Positions 1 through 13,966 of a stretch of DNA of 64,000 nucleotides are shown one piece after another; positions within the stretch are counted from its first letter, which is position 1, and the number at the start of each line of letters is the position of its first letter. Source of the DNA: Cycas panzhihuaensis (taxonomy: Eukaryota > Plantae > Cycadophyta); NCBI GenBank assembly GCA_023213395.1, contig CM041465.1:252099741-252163740 (forward strand). The letters run 5' to 3'. Made by a program: the position numbers and the translations under genes. The notes under the pieces were generated by a model that saw only the letters and a list, made by a program, of their open reading frames with translations, did no database searches and was not told the DNA's origin.

Positions 1-2376
1 AGTAAGGGTTTGCATCGCCACACCAGAATCCTCTATTGTCTGTCTTGCCCATAACGATATAGAAGGACCTAGTGTTGTAGGTACTTCTTTAGGTGACGAC
101 TCCTCACTATTACTCGCTCCACTCGGTTCAACGTCCTCTTGAATTACAACAATTGGCTCATCATCCTCTTCAGCTGTTGAATCTGAAAATGGAAGTAATG
201 GGGGTTAAAAAGGCTCTTCTAATGACTTTTCAGAAAAATACATCAATGACTCATCAAAATTAACATAGTGACTAATCGCAATTCTTTTTTCCTGCGGATC
301 CCACAGTTTGTAAGCTTTGTTTTGATAAGAATACCCCACAAAAATATACTTCAAACTCTTGCGATCTAGCTTCTTGCGACCTTCATTTGGGATATGTGCA
401 TATCCAATGCACCCAAAAGCTTTTAAATGACTAATGACAGGTTTACGAACAGTCTATTTCTCTTCGGGGGTCATGCTTCAAATTGCTTGAATGGGTACCC
501 TATTCAGAATATAAACAACAGTCGCAACAACTTCTACCCAAAACATCGGTGGCAAGTTTTTTGAATGCACCATACACCTTGCCATCTCCATCATGGTACG
601 ATTTTTTCTCTCTGTAATACCATTTTGTTATGTGGTATACGGGTTAATAAACTCCCATTTTATACCATCATCCTGACAAAACTGATTAAATGCATGATTG
701 TCGTATTCTTTGCCATTGTCATTTCTCAATGTTTTAATCTTTTTATCACTTTCATTTTCAACACTCGCTTTCCAATCAAAGAAGCAATCAAACACCTCTG
801 ACTTATTTTTCAGGAAATATACCCAAGCCTTCTTGGTGTAGTCATTTACAAACACAAAGGTATATCAAGCTCCATATATTGAAGGGTTCGATAGTGGCCC
901 CATCACGTTTGTATGCACAAGATCAAGCTTCTCCTTGGCTCTCCAGGCATTGCCCCAAGCAAAAGCATAGCAATGATACTTCCTATACATACACCCTTCA
1001 CAAACACCATCTGAACATGTAACAGATGGTAATCCTTCCACCATTCTCAACCTTTGTAGCAGTTTGATGCTTCTGTAATTAACGTGACCAAGGCGATCAT
1101 GCGGCAATTTACTCGCATCATCTGCGTTGGCAACAAAAACATAGGACTTCTTCTAGTTTTGAAACTTTTCAAACACCCAAAAATTATCTATAACCTCTCC
1201 AGTAACAATGATAGATAAATTCTATTTAGGATCCTTAATCAGACATCTATCTTTATAAAGCTCCAACTTCATTCCTTGTTTGCAGATTTCTTGAGTTGAA
1301 AGTAAATTCAATTGCATCTTGGGTATATTATAGACCCTCTTAAACTTACCACCTGCCAAGGATACATCGCCAACACCTTCGACTAGTAACACACGAGCAT
1401 CTCCAAGGATAATCTCAACACCATTATAATCTACACTCCATGCATCAAAGTTGCACATCTGAAAAGAGATATGCTTCTGTGATCCAGAATCCAATATCAA
1501 ATAATCTCTCCAACTTGACTCGGATGACATGGATGACACTCTGACATAGTGTGCTGCTATGCTCATCCCTTTATCATCTTGGCTAACTTTGCGTTTGTCC
1601 TGTCTCTTGAACCAACAGTTCTTTTCTCTGTGACCTTGCTGCTTGTAGTAGTCACATTTTCTTATGAATTTCTTCTTCTCCCAAGACTCTTCCCCAAACC
1701 TTTGTGTGAACTTCTCCTCTTCAACAGTCTCCCTCCTCTGCGTCTTCATGACTAATACCTGACTTGACTCAGAACCTCCAAGCATCCCATAATGTTTTAA
1801 CTTGGCATCCTCTGCTAAAATAAGATTTCTTATGCCATCAAATGTCTCTCCCTCCATCACACCTCATCTCTACCATAAATGGTCTAGAAAGTGGAAAAAG
1901 CAACTGACAATTTTGACATGATTATCGCAAACAATAGTGCATCATCATTCACATTTACCTTCAACTCTTCTAGCTTCTTCTTCAATTCAATGACTTTATT
2001 CAAGTAGGCGTTTATGTTGGTCTCATCTTCCACTGTAGAATTATGAAGCTCCAACATTAAAGCCAGACATCTATTTGTCTTCTTCTTCTCAAAAGCTTCA
2101 CACAACTTTGCGCAGATTTCATCTGGTTGATCAAGGTTATGAACCAATTCCCTCTGGTCTGGCACCAATGATAGCCAGTGACAGTTTCAACAATCCAATG
2201 GCCATAGACTGCTTCTCCTGAAATCATACACGTTCTTTGTGGTCAAGCGGGACCCCGTCCACTTTTGCCTTAGTTATCGCCCAAAGTTGATTCACCATCT
2301 GTATTAACTCCACATTAGCCTTCCACTCGCCGAAGTTATTGCCATTAAAGATAACTTTGGGCATCAAATGATCCAT
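1..2376 (-). pseudogene. Ty1/Copia gag-pol remnant (gag, zinc knuckle, protease, GAG-pre-integrase, integrase); RT/RH lie beyond the left edge
   Basis: Gag start MDHLMPKVIFNGNNFGEWK at 2376. UBN2-like 1884-2168, knuckle CDYYKQQGHREKNC, protease LILDSGSQKH (1222-1860), HDRLGHVN...CEGC (865-1107), integrase FVNDYTKKAWVYFLKNKSEVF (628-855). Many stops and frameshifts. Confidence 0.95.
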
Positions 2377-2449
2377 CTCGAGAAACGGGCTTTAAAATGA
2401 GTTAATATCACCAAACTATTTAGACTTATAGTCTTCCGAATAATACCCA

Positions 2450-3018
2450 TGTCACTGTGATCGCCTCCTTCTCAAGCACATCCACTGAGGCACATTAAAT
2501 AATGGTTATGCAAGCCAGAACCACCCACCAACAATCAATCCCTCATCAACAAGTGCAATATCGTTCTCAAAATACTCAAAAAACGATTATAAATGCCTTA
2601 GAATATGCTTCAAACAGAAGAGATTATCTCACAATAATGGTTGTATAGTCCTCCAAGTCAGATCCAATCCAAGATGGCTCAAAAATGCTATCAAAAGACT
2701 TCATAATACTTCAAATATGAATAATATGAAAGATCAATGGTATACAAGGCTTTTACAATGTTCACTTTATGTGGAATATGCCAAAGGGCATATTCCCAAA
2801 GGTTACAGTTGTTTATAAAGGGTCGCACGCCTTATAACTTAACACACATACTTAATATCTAATAAACACATGTTATTTATATTGACTAAGGTTTAGACTT
2901 TATAAAATATATCATACGACTTTGTTTGATATCTCATTCATCCACTTAAGGCTCTTCAAAAGGCGTGGTTGCTGCACAACCTGCGAAAGTCAACCGAGCT
3001 CAAACAGACTCCCCAACA
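2450..3018 (-). repeat. Candidate 5' LTR of the Copia at 1-2376 (the alternative is the LTR at 8469-8804)
   Basis: TG...CA bounded segment just upstream of the gag ATG with LTR-like composition. No canonical PBS and no second copy in the window. Confidence 0.25.
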
Positions 3019-3524
3019 CCACTCGGCTGGTAAAAATGATCCTATGCAATCCAACAATCATATACAAAGGCACACGATCCCATTCTAGCCATCAATGACA
3101 CCAATTAAAGCAAAGGAAGGGCTATACACTTACACAAAGTCACTCATGTTTAACACTTAGCCATACAGACTAAGAAATCCAAGGTATAGCCACAAATATT
3201 ACCCACCAATCTCATTAAGGATAGAAAACCACCTTTACAGAATGCAATCTCGCCCTCAAGTAAGATATGTGACTTCGTTGATGTAAAATGGTAATTTTCA
3301 ATGTCAAATTCAATGGTGCTTTGTTAAGAAAAGAGCCAACTTACATGTATGATGGATGGTTGTCCTCACCACCGTTGAATCCCCATTAGAACATGCTTTG
3401 TTGGTCTCAAACAGTGTTACAATTCACGAACCAGCTTCGGATAACCCCCAAGGAGCCAACTCACTCCACAAAAATGGTTAACGGTTTGCATGTCTAAATT
3501 TTAACCCCAACAATGCCTTAACCT

Positions 3525-3748
3525 TGTTGGAAATCAAACCTATAATAATATATTCACAAACAGAAACAAACACACCTCTAGGATCGAACGGTACCCTTAA
3601 GGTACCTCCATTATATTAACAAAACATCCTTACAACATCATTACATATGATACACTATGTTGTGTATTTATAATAAATGTCATGATGGTGAGAGTGGGAC
3701 CTACTTGCATGTGGGGCAAAACAAATGTGCATTATCAATATTCCAACA
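3525..3748 (-). repeat. 3' LTR of the gag-only element
   Basis: TGTTGG...CCAACA, direct repeat of 8056-8279. Confidence 0.97.
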
Positions 3749-3755
3749 CTCCCGC

Positions 3756-4852
3756 TTAATGCACATTTGGGTCATTTGTATTTGCAACGCCTTGTCCTTG
3801 GAAATGTCTTGAAGATGATGTCTTCAACTTGATCCTTGTCTTCAATCTTGTAGTGATGTCTTTGATGTAGAATGATGTCTTCATCTTGATTTTCGTCTTC
3901 AATTTTGTACTGATGCCTTTGTAAGATGATATCCTCATCTTGATTCCGTCTTCAATCCTATAGTGATGATGTTGATGTAGTAGCTCTAGCAAGTGCAAAT
4001 CATGATTCTTCATTGTGGCTGGTCTAGTATGATTTTGATTTAGATCCTATAAGCAACCATCTTCAAATACAACTCGCTTGTCATCATTATTCTGAATAAG
4101 TTCTTGATCACCATGTACAACAGTGATTTCTTCAACCTTTGGAGCGGACTCTTGATCAACTTGCATACTTTTTGAACTTGAATCAATGCTCGAAGAAGGA
4201 ATATCATTCAAACTTGAATCAATCTAAGACTCACCTTCTATAGGACCATCAAATTCATATTCAATTTCTCTTGAAATCATGGTGTCATCTATATAAACCT
4301 TTATCGATTCATCACTTTCAATGTCTTCATCAGTAGTTGTAGTCTCATCAATGCATTAAATCATATGTTCAGTAGTAGTTTCATCAATATTCAAGCATCG
4401 GTGTTAATAATATTTTTTTCATTCTTTGTGCCTGTACCATAACCATCATTGACCTTAATTGCCTTTTCAGTTATTCGTTGTATCTCTTCATGAGTTTGTT
4501 CAAATACTTCTCTTAAAAAATCCCACACTTCCTTAGCAGTACTTGCATGTTGAATCTTAGGAATGACAAAATGGTATGCAGAAGGAAGATCGGCCTTCTT
4601 TAATGCAGCAAGAATCATGATGAATGCCTTTTTGTCTTTCTTCTCAAGCATTTCCTTTTCTTCTTCATCCTTAGGGATATCATATCCATCAATGACAAGC
4701 TTCAACAAACATCTAGCTATGAAAAAACATCTCATTTTAATCGTCCAAAAGAAGTAGTCTTCTCCATTACACTTAGGTATCGAAAGAAATGAATCCCTTA
4801 AGTAATATTCATTTGTTTCATGAACATACATAACCACATCATTTCCTTCCAT
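3756..4852 (-). pseudogene. Truncated Copia Gag (DUF4219/UBN2 N-terminal part) fused to an acidic low-complexity tail
   Basis: YFFWTIKMRCFF...KDKKAFIMIL...STAKEVWDFL in ORF 4391-4903. After a frameshift near 4390 an E/D-rich frame with three stops runs into ORF 3756-4013. Confidence 0.8.
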
Positions 4853-7800
4853 GATTGTAAATGTACCTCTAAACAATGTCTCTTTTTCAATCAACAAATT
4901 CACCCATCAATCTCAACAAACTTTCTCATGTCTCATGTCCTCGCATCACTGACTTCATCGCCACATCATCACCTTGTCCATTTCTCACATAGAATCAAAA
5001 ACACTCACTTCACCAAATCAATGCCTCATAAATCTCACAATGATCATACATGCCACATGTCGCTATAAAATTGCCAAAACCCACACTTCACTTAATTGCC
5101 CAAAACACAACTCATGCCATTACACCACTCAACAATTTTGTTTCCCTACAACTCAGGTATCTTCAACAAACTCATCCTTCTTTGCATTCAGTCAATTGAA
5201 AAAAATATCATCAAAACATAACTAATTTCGCCCTTAAACATGCCCAACAAATGTCCAATCTTGTCATGTAACCTCACATGCAACAAGGGTTCACAATTGC
5301 CTTATGCCGGCCTTCTTACTATCAATTAGTAAATACCACAACTTTGACCATACGTCCTCCATCATTTACCATATCATTGCCATATCACCACACCATGTCA
5401 TTGCCACAACAACTCTTTTATGTAACCACATACAACGAGCTTCAATCACCTACTTGTCCACTCTTTCCTTAACATTACTAATGCAAAAACGTATGCAACA
5501 AAGTACCATACATTATCACAAAGTCACTTAACAATCACTATATCACCATACAACAAACTCATTCATGCATTAGCCATTTTACAATGCCAATGTTTTCTTG
5601 TTCTCTACAGTTCTTTTGACGTTGATAGCTCGCCCTTTAACCACCTTGCCTTCTTATCAATATTGTCAATCTTGCCCAACATATACTCTCATAAAATCAC
5701 ATGTAACAGGAGCATACTATTGCTTCATACCATCATCATATCACTCATTTTGCAATCAAACAACATCTTATACATGCCATCATTGAAAACAAAACCCAAG
5801 ACATGTCATATGCTTCGAATAGAAAATATGTGCCCACTTGCACCAAATGCCATATCACATTTAATAATACTAAGGAGATCAAATATATTAGAGGCCACTC
5901 AATATATAAATTCTTCAATAATCAACCTTCAATATCTTTGATAAATCAAATTCAGACTTAGAATATATCAAGCCACTAAGCCAATAAATATATCAACCAA
6001 AATGGATTGCACCAAAAATACAATGGTTGCTTTGTAAATTAACTATAAATTAACGCCACTCAATATTACACATTAATCAAAAGGGCGAACTCGATATGAA
6101 GCATTAATTCAAAAGTGCGAAATGGGCACGGCTCAATATTAACACGGTCAACAATGCAAATTTCATAATATCACTGAGTGCATTATTAGGGCTGCATCGC
6201 AAACATAATAATAGCCGCAAACCAACAAATATAATCGTAATTGCTCTCCTACCAATGTCCAGACCTGATGTTGATTGATGGAACGTCAATCTGTCAGTTT
6301 GTTCAGAAGCCGTTATTTCCCACCGAACACTTCTTCTGGAGACGAAACATCACCATTTTCTTGTGAGCATTTTATTTAAAAACAAAATATATAAAAACGA
6401 TTTATCAAAGGGCGACTTTGAAGACGATTAATATCTAAATACGAAACGACGACGAATATGTCTATGAGAAACGATGGCATAAATAATAAGAATTCATTCG
6501 ACGACAAAGGTATGAATGGTTGCACATAGGTGAACTGCGATACATCAATGGCGGCAGTAATGTATATGGTTCAAAGATCAACGCATACTGTCCAAAGATC
6601 AACGCATACAACATGTATGATTAAACACGGGCCGAGCGACTTTACAAAATAAAAAAATATATCAAATTATATGTGTTACCACTGAGCAAACTAGATTATC
6701 AAGCAAAGATAATAAATATATCACCGGCAACCTCAACGTAAATTTGTGTATGTATACAACAACCGCAACCGGGCAACTATACGCAAATGGGCGCAGCAAT
6801 TAGTTAGCATAGAATAATATACGATTGCTCAAATATATCAAATGGGCAGTAAATATATCATGCAAATGTTAAGAAACCACGAGTAGAGACCAGATATATT
6901 TGCATCTGAAAATAATTATACACAGGCTTCGTTAAATCATCACACAACCTTATAAATATGGCCATAGATTAAATCTTCAACGGGCGACTGCAAATATTAT
7001 CAAACAGACTGCAAATGTATAAAGGGCAGCGCAAATATCAATGACATATTTCAAGCGACTGCAATACATCAACGACGGTTGCACATATATATTAGTAGGC
7101 AATACAGAATCATCATACGAGGACGACGACATATAAAACACGGCGGCTGCAAACCAATCAACGTAGGCTGGCAAACCGTAATCGTTTCTCCATGGTGATC
7201 AATATAATATGCGAACTTGGGCAATTTTCATATATAGCCACTTGCTCAGACTTTCTCTGGCTTCTCGATCTGAGAGTATATCACAGTCTTTCTCCGACGT
7301 CTTTTATGATTACTGAAACTCTTAGTTGATCTATCTGAAACTCTCTCTCCAAGCAACTCAAGAATAACTCACCCTTGTTAATGCGCCTTTCCTTTTACAA
7401 TTAGCGATTATCAATAGCCTCTTTCAACGGATGTTGATTTCCTCCATGACAAATATGCAAATAACAAAACCACAAATGAACCAATAAATGTACTAACCAT
7501 GGATGCATAGCAAAGATGGTGTACGACTTCAACAAATCCACTTGGTCAACATTACAATAACCCACATACAAATACACTCAGAATCACTTTGCAATCTCCT
7601 CTCACATGTTGGATGAATCCACTTTATTGGCCTCACACAAATGTATTCTCACAACACAACAGCATCAAATGGACTTTGAATAAATGGATTAGCAAGTATC
7701 ATAGGTTTAATTCAAGGTTTCACCTCAATGCAGGATTAAATGGTCTCCAAACAGCTTTGAACGGGACAGACATTCTTTTTCGCAACAAATACGACAAATA

Positions 7801-8055
7801 ACAAACTTAGGGTTTCACCTTGATGCCAAGACGTACAAATCTATCCACGGCAACACATAAAAACAAATCCACAGTAAGGTTTTTACCACTATAGGTAAAC
7901 AAGTTCAACAAAGTTACCTTCAATGATGGCCCTGTAACAAATTAACTTTTCCAATTGAGGAAATTTCGCTTCAACTGCAATAATCACACTGATAGAGTCC
8001 CCATGCACAGCACTGCAATAGGGTCTCCATGCACAACCCGGTCGCTCTGATACCA

Positions 8056-8279
8056 TGTTAGAAATCAAACCTGCAATAAGATATTCACAAACAGAAACAA
8101 ACACACCTCCAGGATCAAACAGTACCCTTAAGGTACCTCCATTATATTAACAAAACATCCTTACAACATCATTACATATGATACACTATGTTGTGTATTT
8201 ATAATAAATGTCATGATGGTGAGAGTGGGACCCACTCGCATGTGGGACAAAACAAATGTGCATTATCAATATTCCAACA
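8056..8279 (-). repeat. 5' LTR of the gag-only element
   Basis: TGTTAG...CCAACA, directly adjacent to an iMet PBS. Confidence 0.97.
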
Positions 8280-8456
8280 AACCTTGTTGATAGGTGAGTT
8301 TCACCTCCTTAACTACCACTGATCATTGTGCCTGCTCCTACAAGTTGTTAGATAAAATAAGTCGTCAAGAAATTCTTGGGTTTTGACAACATCACCAGAC
8401 AACCAATGATCTCATCGTTCCACCCAACTCCAACCTCAATTGTGTAGGACCCTATG

Positions 8457-8804
8457 GCTCTAACACCATGTTAAGAAACATGAATGAATGCATACATGTT
8501 TACAACCACAGAATCTTTCACCATACACAGCAAGCAAACATAATAAACACAGAAAACAGTTGCAAAGTACACAGGATTTATGTGAGAAACCCTTTCGGAA
8601 GAAAACCCACCACAAAGATCTATTGAATATCACTTGATTGATATGAATATACAAGGGCTCTAGGATATTTATAATCCTTCTAAGAAGTGTCAACCGACAA
8701 GGGTTGTGACTCTTCGCATAACTCACACCATTCTGTTAATCACATTAATTAAACCACCACATTAACATTAACAAGTGGCTTAACAAACAACTACCATACT
8801 AACA
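8457..8804 (-). mobile_element. Copia-type 5' LTR (8469-8804) with degenerate PBS (8457-8468); this element hosts the 3525-8279 insertion
   Basis: GCTCTAACACCA then TGTTAAG...CTAACA. Contains the GATTTATGTGAGAAACCC...GAAAACCCAC motif typical of Copia LTRs. Confidence 0.75.
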
Positions 8805-11242
8805 ATTTCTTTGTTGTTGAGCGTGAAGACTTTCTTAGTTGGGCATTTGTAATTTTAACTCCGTTTACCATTGTAGTCAAAAAATGCTCCCCAACAAATA
8901 TATTCTGTCATTGATAACCTACCCTCAATACGTCCGCCTTCTTTTTGTTCCTTAAGTGGAGATTCCACCTTGTTCCATTGGTCTAGAGTAGCCATCAAGT
9001 CAAATATAATTCTAGCGAGTCTCCTTGAACTCTACTTCAATATTGTGGGCCTAGTTTATGGCCTCCTTAAAAGAGTCCATTTCCAATGTCTTTAGGTAGA
9101 ACTTAATAGGTCCCTCAAGTTCCCAAATATATGCTTCCCATAGCAGAACTGGGTCTATTTGGGTTGTCATCATGCTTTGTGGAATTTGGAATTCCTCCAT
9201 GTATGCTTGGACTGTGCTCGTTTGTTGTAGACATGTCAATTAAGAGAAGTAATCTCTGCACCATGAGTCCTCATATTGCTTAGTCAACAAGGTCTTTAAA
9301 AAATCCCAATTATAGTGCATTGTTCCTTGGTAATCCCTACCCCACCACCATAACCATTTGATTGTCTTCCATACAGATGGAGAGATGTTATCAGTACTTT
9401 GTCCTATTCCAATCTAGGCTGCAGTTGGAAATATAGATCCATCTAAATGATCTAGCTTTGAATATCTCGACTTATCTGGGTCAAATTTCTCCAAAAGGAA
9501 TTTGGAGTTTTGAGGCCATAGTAGAATCTAGGTCTAACTTTTCTATCTCCTTCCCCATCGATGTGGTGAGATTTGTCTCGCAATCTCCATCCCTATTGTC
9601 GTCTTCAAGCTTAGGCACATCTATTAATCCTTTTACTTCTAAGGCTTTATTTATACTAGCTAGTTATTTTGTAAATTTTTTGAATTCTTTTGTTGTTGTT
9701 TTGCATAACTAGTTGTATTTTTTAATCATTTGGTCATTCAAAGCATCCACTCTTTTGCTAACATTCTCTACTATAAATGACTACCGGTTCACCACCTTGT
9801 GGACATTAGTGTCTTACTGGATCTCAATTCTATTCTTGGGAAACATTTTTTGTTGTTTTTTACACTATGGCACCTCTAGAATTTGAATTTGGACTATTGT
9901 TTCCAACATACTACATGATGAATTTGTACGTAACTTGCTAAAGTCCGCTTAAATCAACCTGTTGCTTGCTAGAAATGGCTTCTTGTCTACTCAAAACAAA
10001 TTTGTTTGGTTGCTAAAATCTAATTTTGACTAACAATTTCTAATTTGTGATAACAAAATCTAATTTTGACTAACAATTTCTAATTTGTGATAACAAAAAT
10101 CTATCTTCTGATAGCACAAATCCAAATTTCTAATAACAAAGATCATATTCTTTTTTTTACTAATAATTTCTTATTCCTAAACACAAAAATCTACATTTTG
10201 ACAAAAAAAATCAAATTTTCTAAGAGTATAAATCTAATTTCTATTGTTGAAATGAAGCGTTTAACTACTAAAAACTTGATCTTTTAAAATTGACTTACCT
10301 CAACAACAAGGCTTTGATACCACTTGTGGGATTTCCAACAAGAATTTACACCAAAATCAATGAAATAAACACAAAACTATGCTAATCAAATACGATAGCA
10401 TTACTTAAGACAAAATAATCATCAATAATGCACCACACAAAATAACCAATGAATATATATATGCCAACTTGGTAGAATCCTTGAAACCAAATAATGATAT
10501 AAATCAAATATTGGATTTATAGAAAGTATTGTCTTCAAGGTGAGGTGTCATCCAGTGAAGCCTCTAACTAGGATTGAAAATTACAAGCTTGGATAATCTC
10601 CTCACACTAATGATTACAATGAGGGTTAAGCATCCTATAAATAGGAGCATTAAATGACATATGGCAAAAGTCAGTTTTTAAGAGAGAATTAGAGGTTGGC
10701 CTAAAAGAGAGAGAATAAATAGGATCGGCCAACATTTGGGAGAAATGCTACAGAGTTAGTCTACTAGCACTAAAAGAATCTCCTCAATTGATGAATTAAT
10801 AAATGGTACCCATATAAATACAAGTTTAGGCATGTAATTGCCCAATAACTCCCCAGTGACTCTTGAGGTCCATATTATATTTTAATCAACCCTTCATGAC
10901 ACTCACTTAGACTCGGAACATCAAGTCATGACTCTATATATTAAATGTGTATTTAAGTACCCCAAAATAGACATTAATAACTTTAACAAGGGCACCTTTA
11001 GGTCATGCATCTCTTTTCGAAGAATAGAGAACAAATTATCCAAGGAACCATCATTCAATTGGAAATTCTACAACCTTTATATATGCATAGTCAAAACTAT
11101 TAAATACCCTAAAAAGAAGTCAGCCATTAATATTTAATATAATAGTTCATTGAACATCATATTAAGAATTTTTTTTTTTTGATATTGTCCTCCACATTGT
11201 TTCCTTTAAAGGTCAACCTCCACCTAGGATGGGGATATAACA
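8805..11242 (-). mobile_element. Ty3/Gypsy 5' part: LTR 10325-11242, PBS 10311-10322, decayed gag ~8840-9500; interrupted at 8804
   Basis: Minus strand reads TGTTATATCCCC...CCCACA-AG-TGGTATCAAAGC. Gag-like LQQTSTVQAYMEEF (9051-9239) and a degenerate knuckle near 8850-8890. Confidence 0.75.
10015..10100. repeat. 40-bp tandem duplication followed by decayed related units
   Basis: AAAATCTAATTTTGACTAACAATTTCTAATTTGTGATAAC x2. Confidence 0.9.
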
Positions 11243-13966
11243 AAAAAGCAAGTTGTTTCTACCAACCTAACCTTGCAAGTAGTTACACTGCTATCAAAGT
11301 TTTTAGTTCAGCCCAATAATCATGTCAGAATATCTTTGTCCTAAGATATGGGATGCACAAGCCGCTTTGCATAAGTGCTCACACTTAGATCAAAGATGAA
11401 TAGGTTGAATGCAATTGGTTATGAGCTAACCCTGGGCAAACCCAAGATGCAACTAATTGGTTCCAAACTAACCCCAACCAAGCCCAAGCACTTTGGGTTG
11501 ACCCCATCCACACCAAGACCCCTCAGGGATACACCTAACCACACAGGATGCATGTAGGCCACCTAAACATAATTTTTTTATATTTACTCTTGAAATTTAA
11601 TACTTAAAATATATTTAACATTTTTAAGTTTTAAAGAGTACTAACTATATTTCAAATATTAAGCATTAAATGCACACACACAAGACAAAAATAGAAGTTG
11701 CATTCATGCACCTCCATGTAAGCTCTAACTGCACTAGCCTAGACTATTAAAAAGTTGACCAATCATCCATTGTTCTAGCAGTTGCCTTAATTTTCGTATT
11801 ATATTACTTCTTCAAGCCCACAACAAATAACAGCCACAAATGCTTGCTCCTAATAATGTATATCTTGGTTGTGAAACGAAGTTTCACGACAATATTCATC
11901 ATGAAGTATATAGAAAATAAATAGATCAACTCTTATATAATTATAATTTCATGCCTTAGTCAATATGATATAATAAAATATAATACCAATGTTACATATT
12001 ATGGAGCTTACAATTGCCAAATCCTCAACTTGCAAACTATCAACTTGAATACTCGATACAACTTAGCCATTCCATGCATGCTTTTGAATTGTATTAGCTT
12101 AAACTAATCATCACCACACCTTCACACTCATATAATCAAAAAATAATGCATATTGTTTAGAGTACACACACTTTGTTCTTAACCATTTATGCTTGTTATG
12201 CATAACTTATTTTATTGCCTCAAGAGCCTTAACAATGCTCACGCTAAGTCAAGACACGAAGAAACTATAGCCAATGGTTCAAAACCCACCCCTCTATGTT
12301 ACAAAAAACCATCTAATCTTTACAACCATGAGCCAAATACTATTTACAATAGTACACGCAAATGATTGCAACTACTCACTAATCATCAACTCAATTAACT
12401 TACTCAACTTAACAAAACAATCCTCTGTTGATTTAATAGACAAATTTTGGTCAACAAGGTTAATCTCAAAATGGTGATTAGTCCTTACAGTGTGCTTTGT
12501 CTCAAAGTACAAAATACAAACATCTCCCCTAAGGTGAAAAAGTAATAACCAATTTTTGAAGAGAAAAATTAGGCAGATGAAGAAATATCCATAGAAATAA
12601 AAGTGATAGTTGGAGTAGAAACAATTGTTGGAACTAATCCTATCACAGTTGATACAATAGTAGCAACAGTATTGTGGAAACAATAAGTCGCAATCACTAA
12701 ATATGCTAAAAAATTCTACCAATAATACCTATCGACAATAGTTGTTGCATTAAAACACATTTCAATCGATTTCAAAGAGTTTTAAAATTTTTTATGTCAT
12801 AACACTTTAAAATTTCATAAACCTTAATATAAAACTTGGGTCGTTTTTCCAAACCACGATTTTCAAAGTTAGGTTAAAATTTAACTTCTCTAACATTGAA
12901 ACTATGTTTATTAAAATAAATTTCTCTAAGGCAATGAGGATAAGTAAAGCTCATGCAGATGTGTATTCTTTTTATCCTTGCATTGGTGCATGCCTTTGCC
13001 TCACATTTTCTCCCCTCTTTCCTTTCTCCTCTTTCCTTTGTTTGTCTTGTACCCTCTAAATGGAAGCCATTAATATAACAATAATAGCTACACCTATTTT
13101 TAAGTTGCACAGGTAACAACCGATGCAATACTTTTCATATTTTTATAAGGAACAGGCCCCTCAACATTCTTTTTAAATGTGAGAAGAGGATTCATTCATA
13201 CTGAGACTAGAAACTTACATAGAATCTTATAATTTTATAACTTTACAACCTAATGTTATTATCTATAGATTGGATGTTGTTGAACTTCCTTGTATCATAT
13301 ATTTCGCATGGTCATAAATCAAAATTGCTTTATAAACTTTGTCAAAATTGTTTTTGCCATTTCACAACATTTCACAGATTTTTAGGAGCCATTTCAAAAT
13401 TTTATAATGTTTTGATGTTTCACCATTTGATGGGACTATGTTTTTGTTTGATTGGTTTTAACCAATGGTACATTGGCCATGGGAAAGTGACTATTGCCAT
13501 CATAGATGCTGAGAGTTGAACTTGAGGAATACCAATAAAGAGGAAAAAGCATTAGGACAAAACATCATGATAGTAGCCTAAAACTTAGTGTTGAAATCCT
13601 TTACGTCCCGCATCACCTAGTTCAATTGACTTGCATGAAACCACAGCATTTGCGAACATGACTAAGCCATAAATACTATAACGCTCCTTTACAAACAACT
13701 TCAGCTTTTTTGTATTCTCTTCCAAGATTATCGAATAAGCCATGTTCAATCATCAATAGGTGGATTCAATATTTGGTTGCAATGCAAAAATATTAGCACT
13801 TATCATATCATGCAAAGAATTGACAAAACAAGTTTACACTAGTTGATTGTGAATGCTTCCAATAATTTTTGTTGGCATAGCTTCTATTGCATTACTTCCC
13901 ACTCAACCCATCTATGAGCCACCATATCTTACGATTTTTGTGCTTGCTAAAGCCATTCTATAACTT

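Larger units (their letters stand above)
3525..8279 (-). mobile_element. Non-autonomous gag-only LTR retrotransposon (TR-GAG-like, Copia-derived), both ends intact
   Basis: 224-bp LTRs at 3525-3748 and 8056-8279 with about 10 mismatches. TSD AACCT at 3520-3524 and 8280-8284. PBS TGGTATCAGAGC at 8044-8055, PPT adjoining 3749. No pol motifs seen internally. Confidence 0.95.

Noticed and set aside
4820-5941. His/Thr-rich plus-strand ORFs
   Set aside because: By-product of C/A compositional skew, antisense to the element leader; no motifs.
11690-11860. hAT transposase remnant (TMDDWS, LVNFLI) on the minus strand
   Set aside because: Matches are too short and in conflicting frames; needs a profile search.
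13130-13170. Inverted decayed L1 3' end
   Set aside because: Only ~15 nt of resemblance, with no TSD or adjacent ORF2 sequence.
11243-13966. Host gene or exons in the unassigned interval
   Set aside because: Only short low-complexity ORFs with no recognisable domain or coherent splice structure; probably old TE debris, left unannotated.
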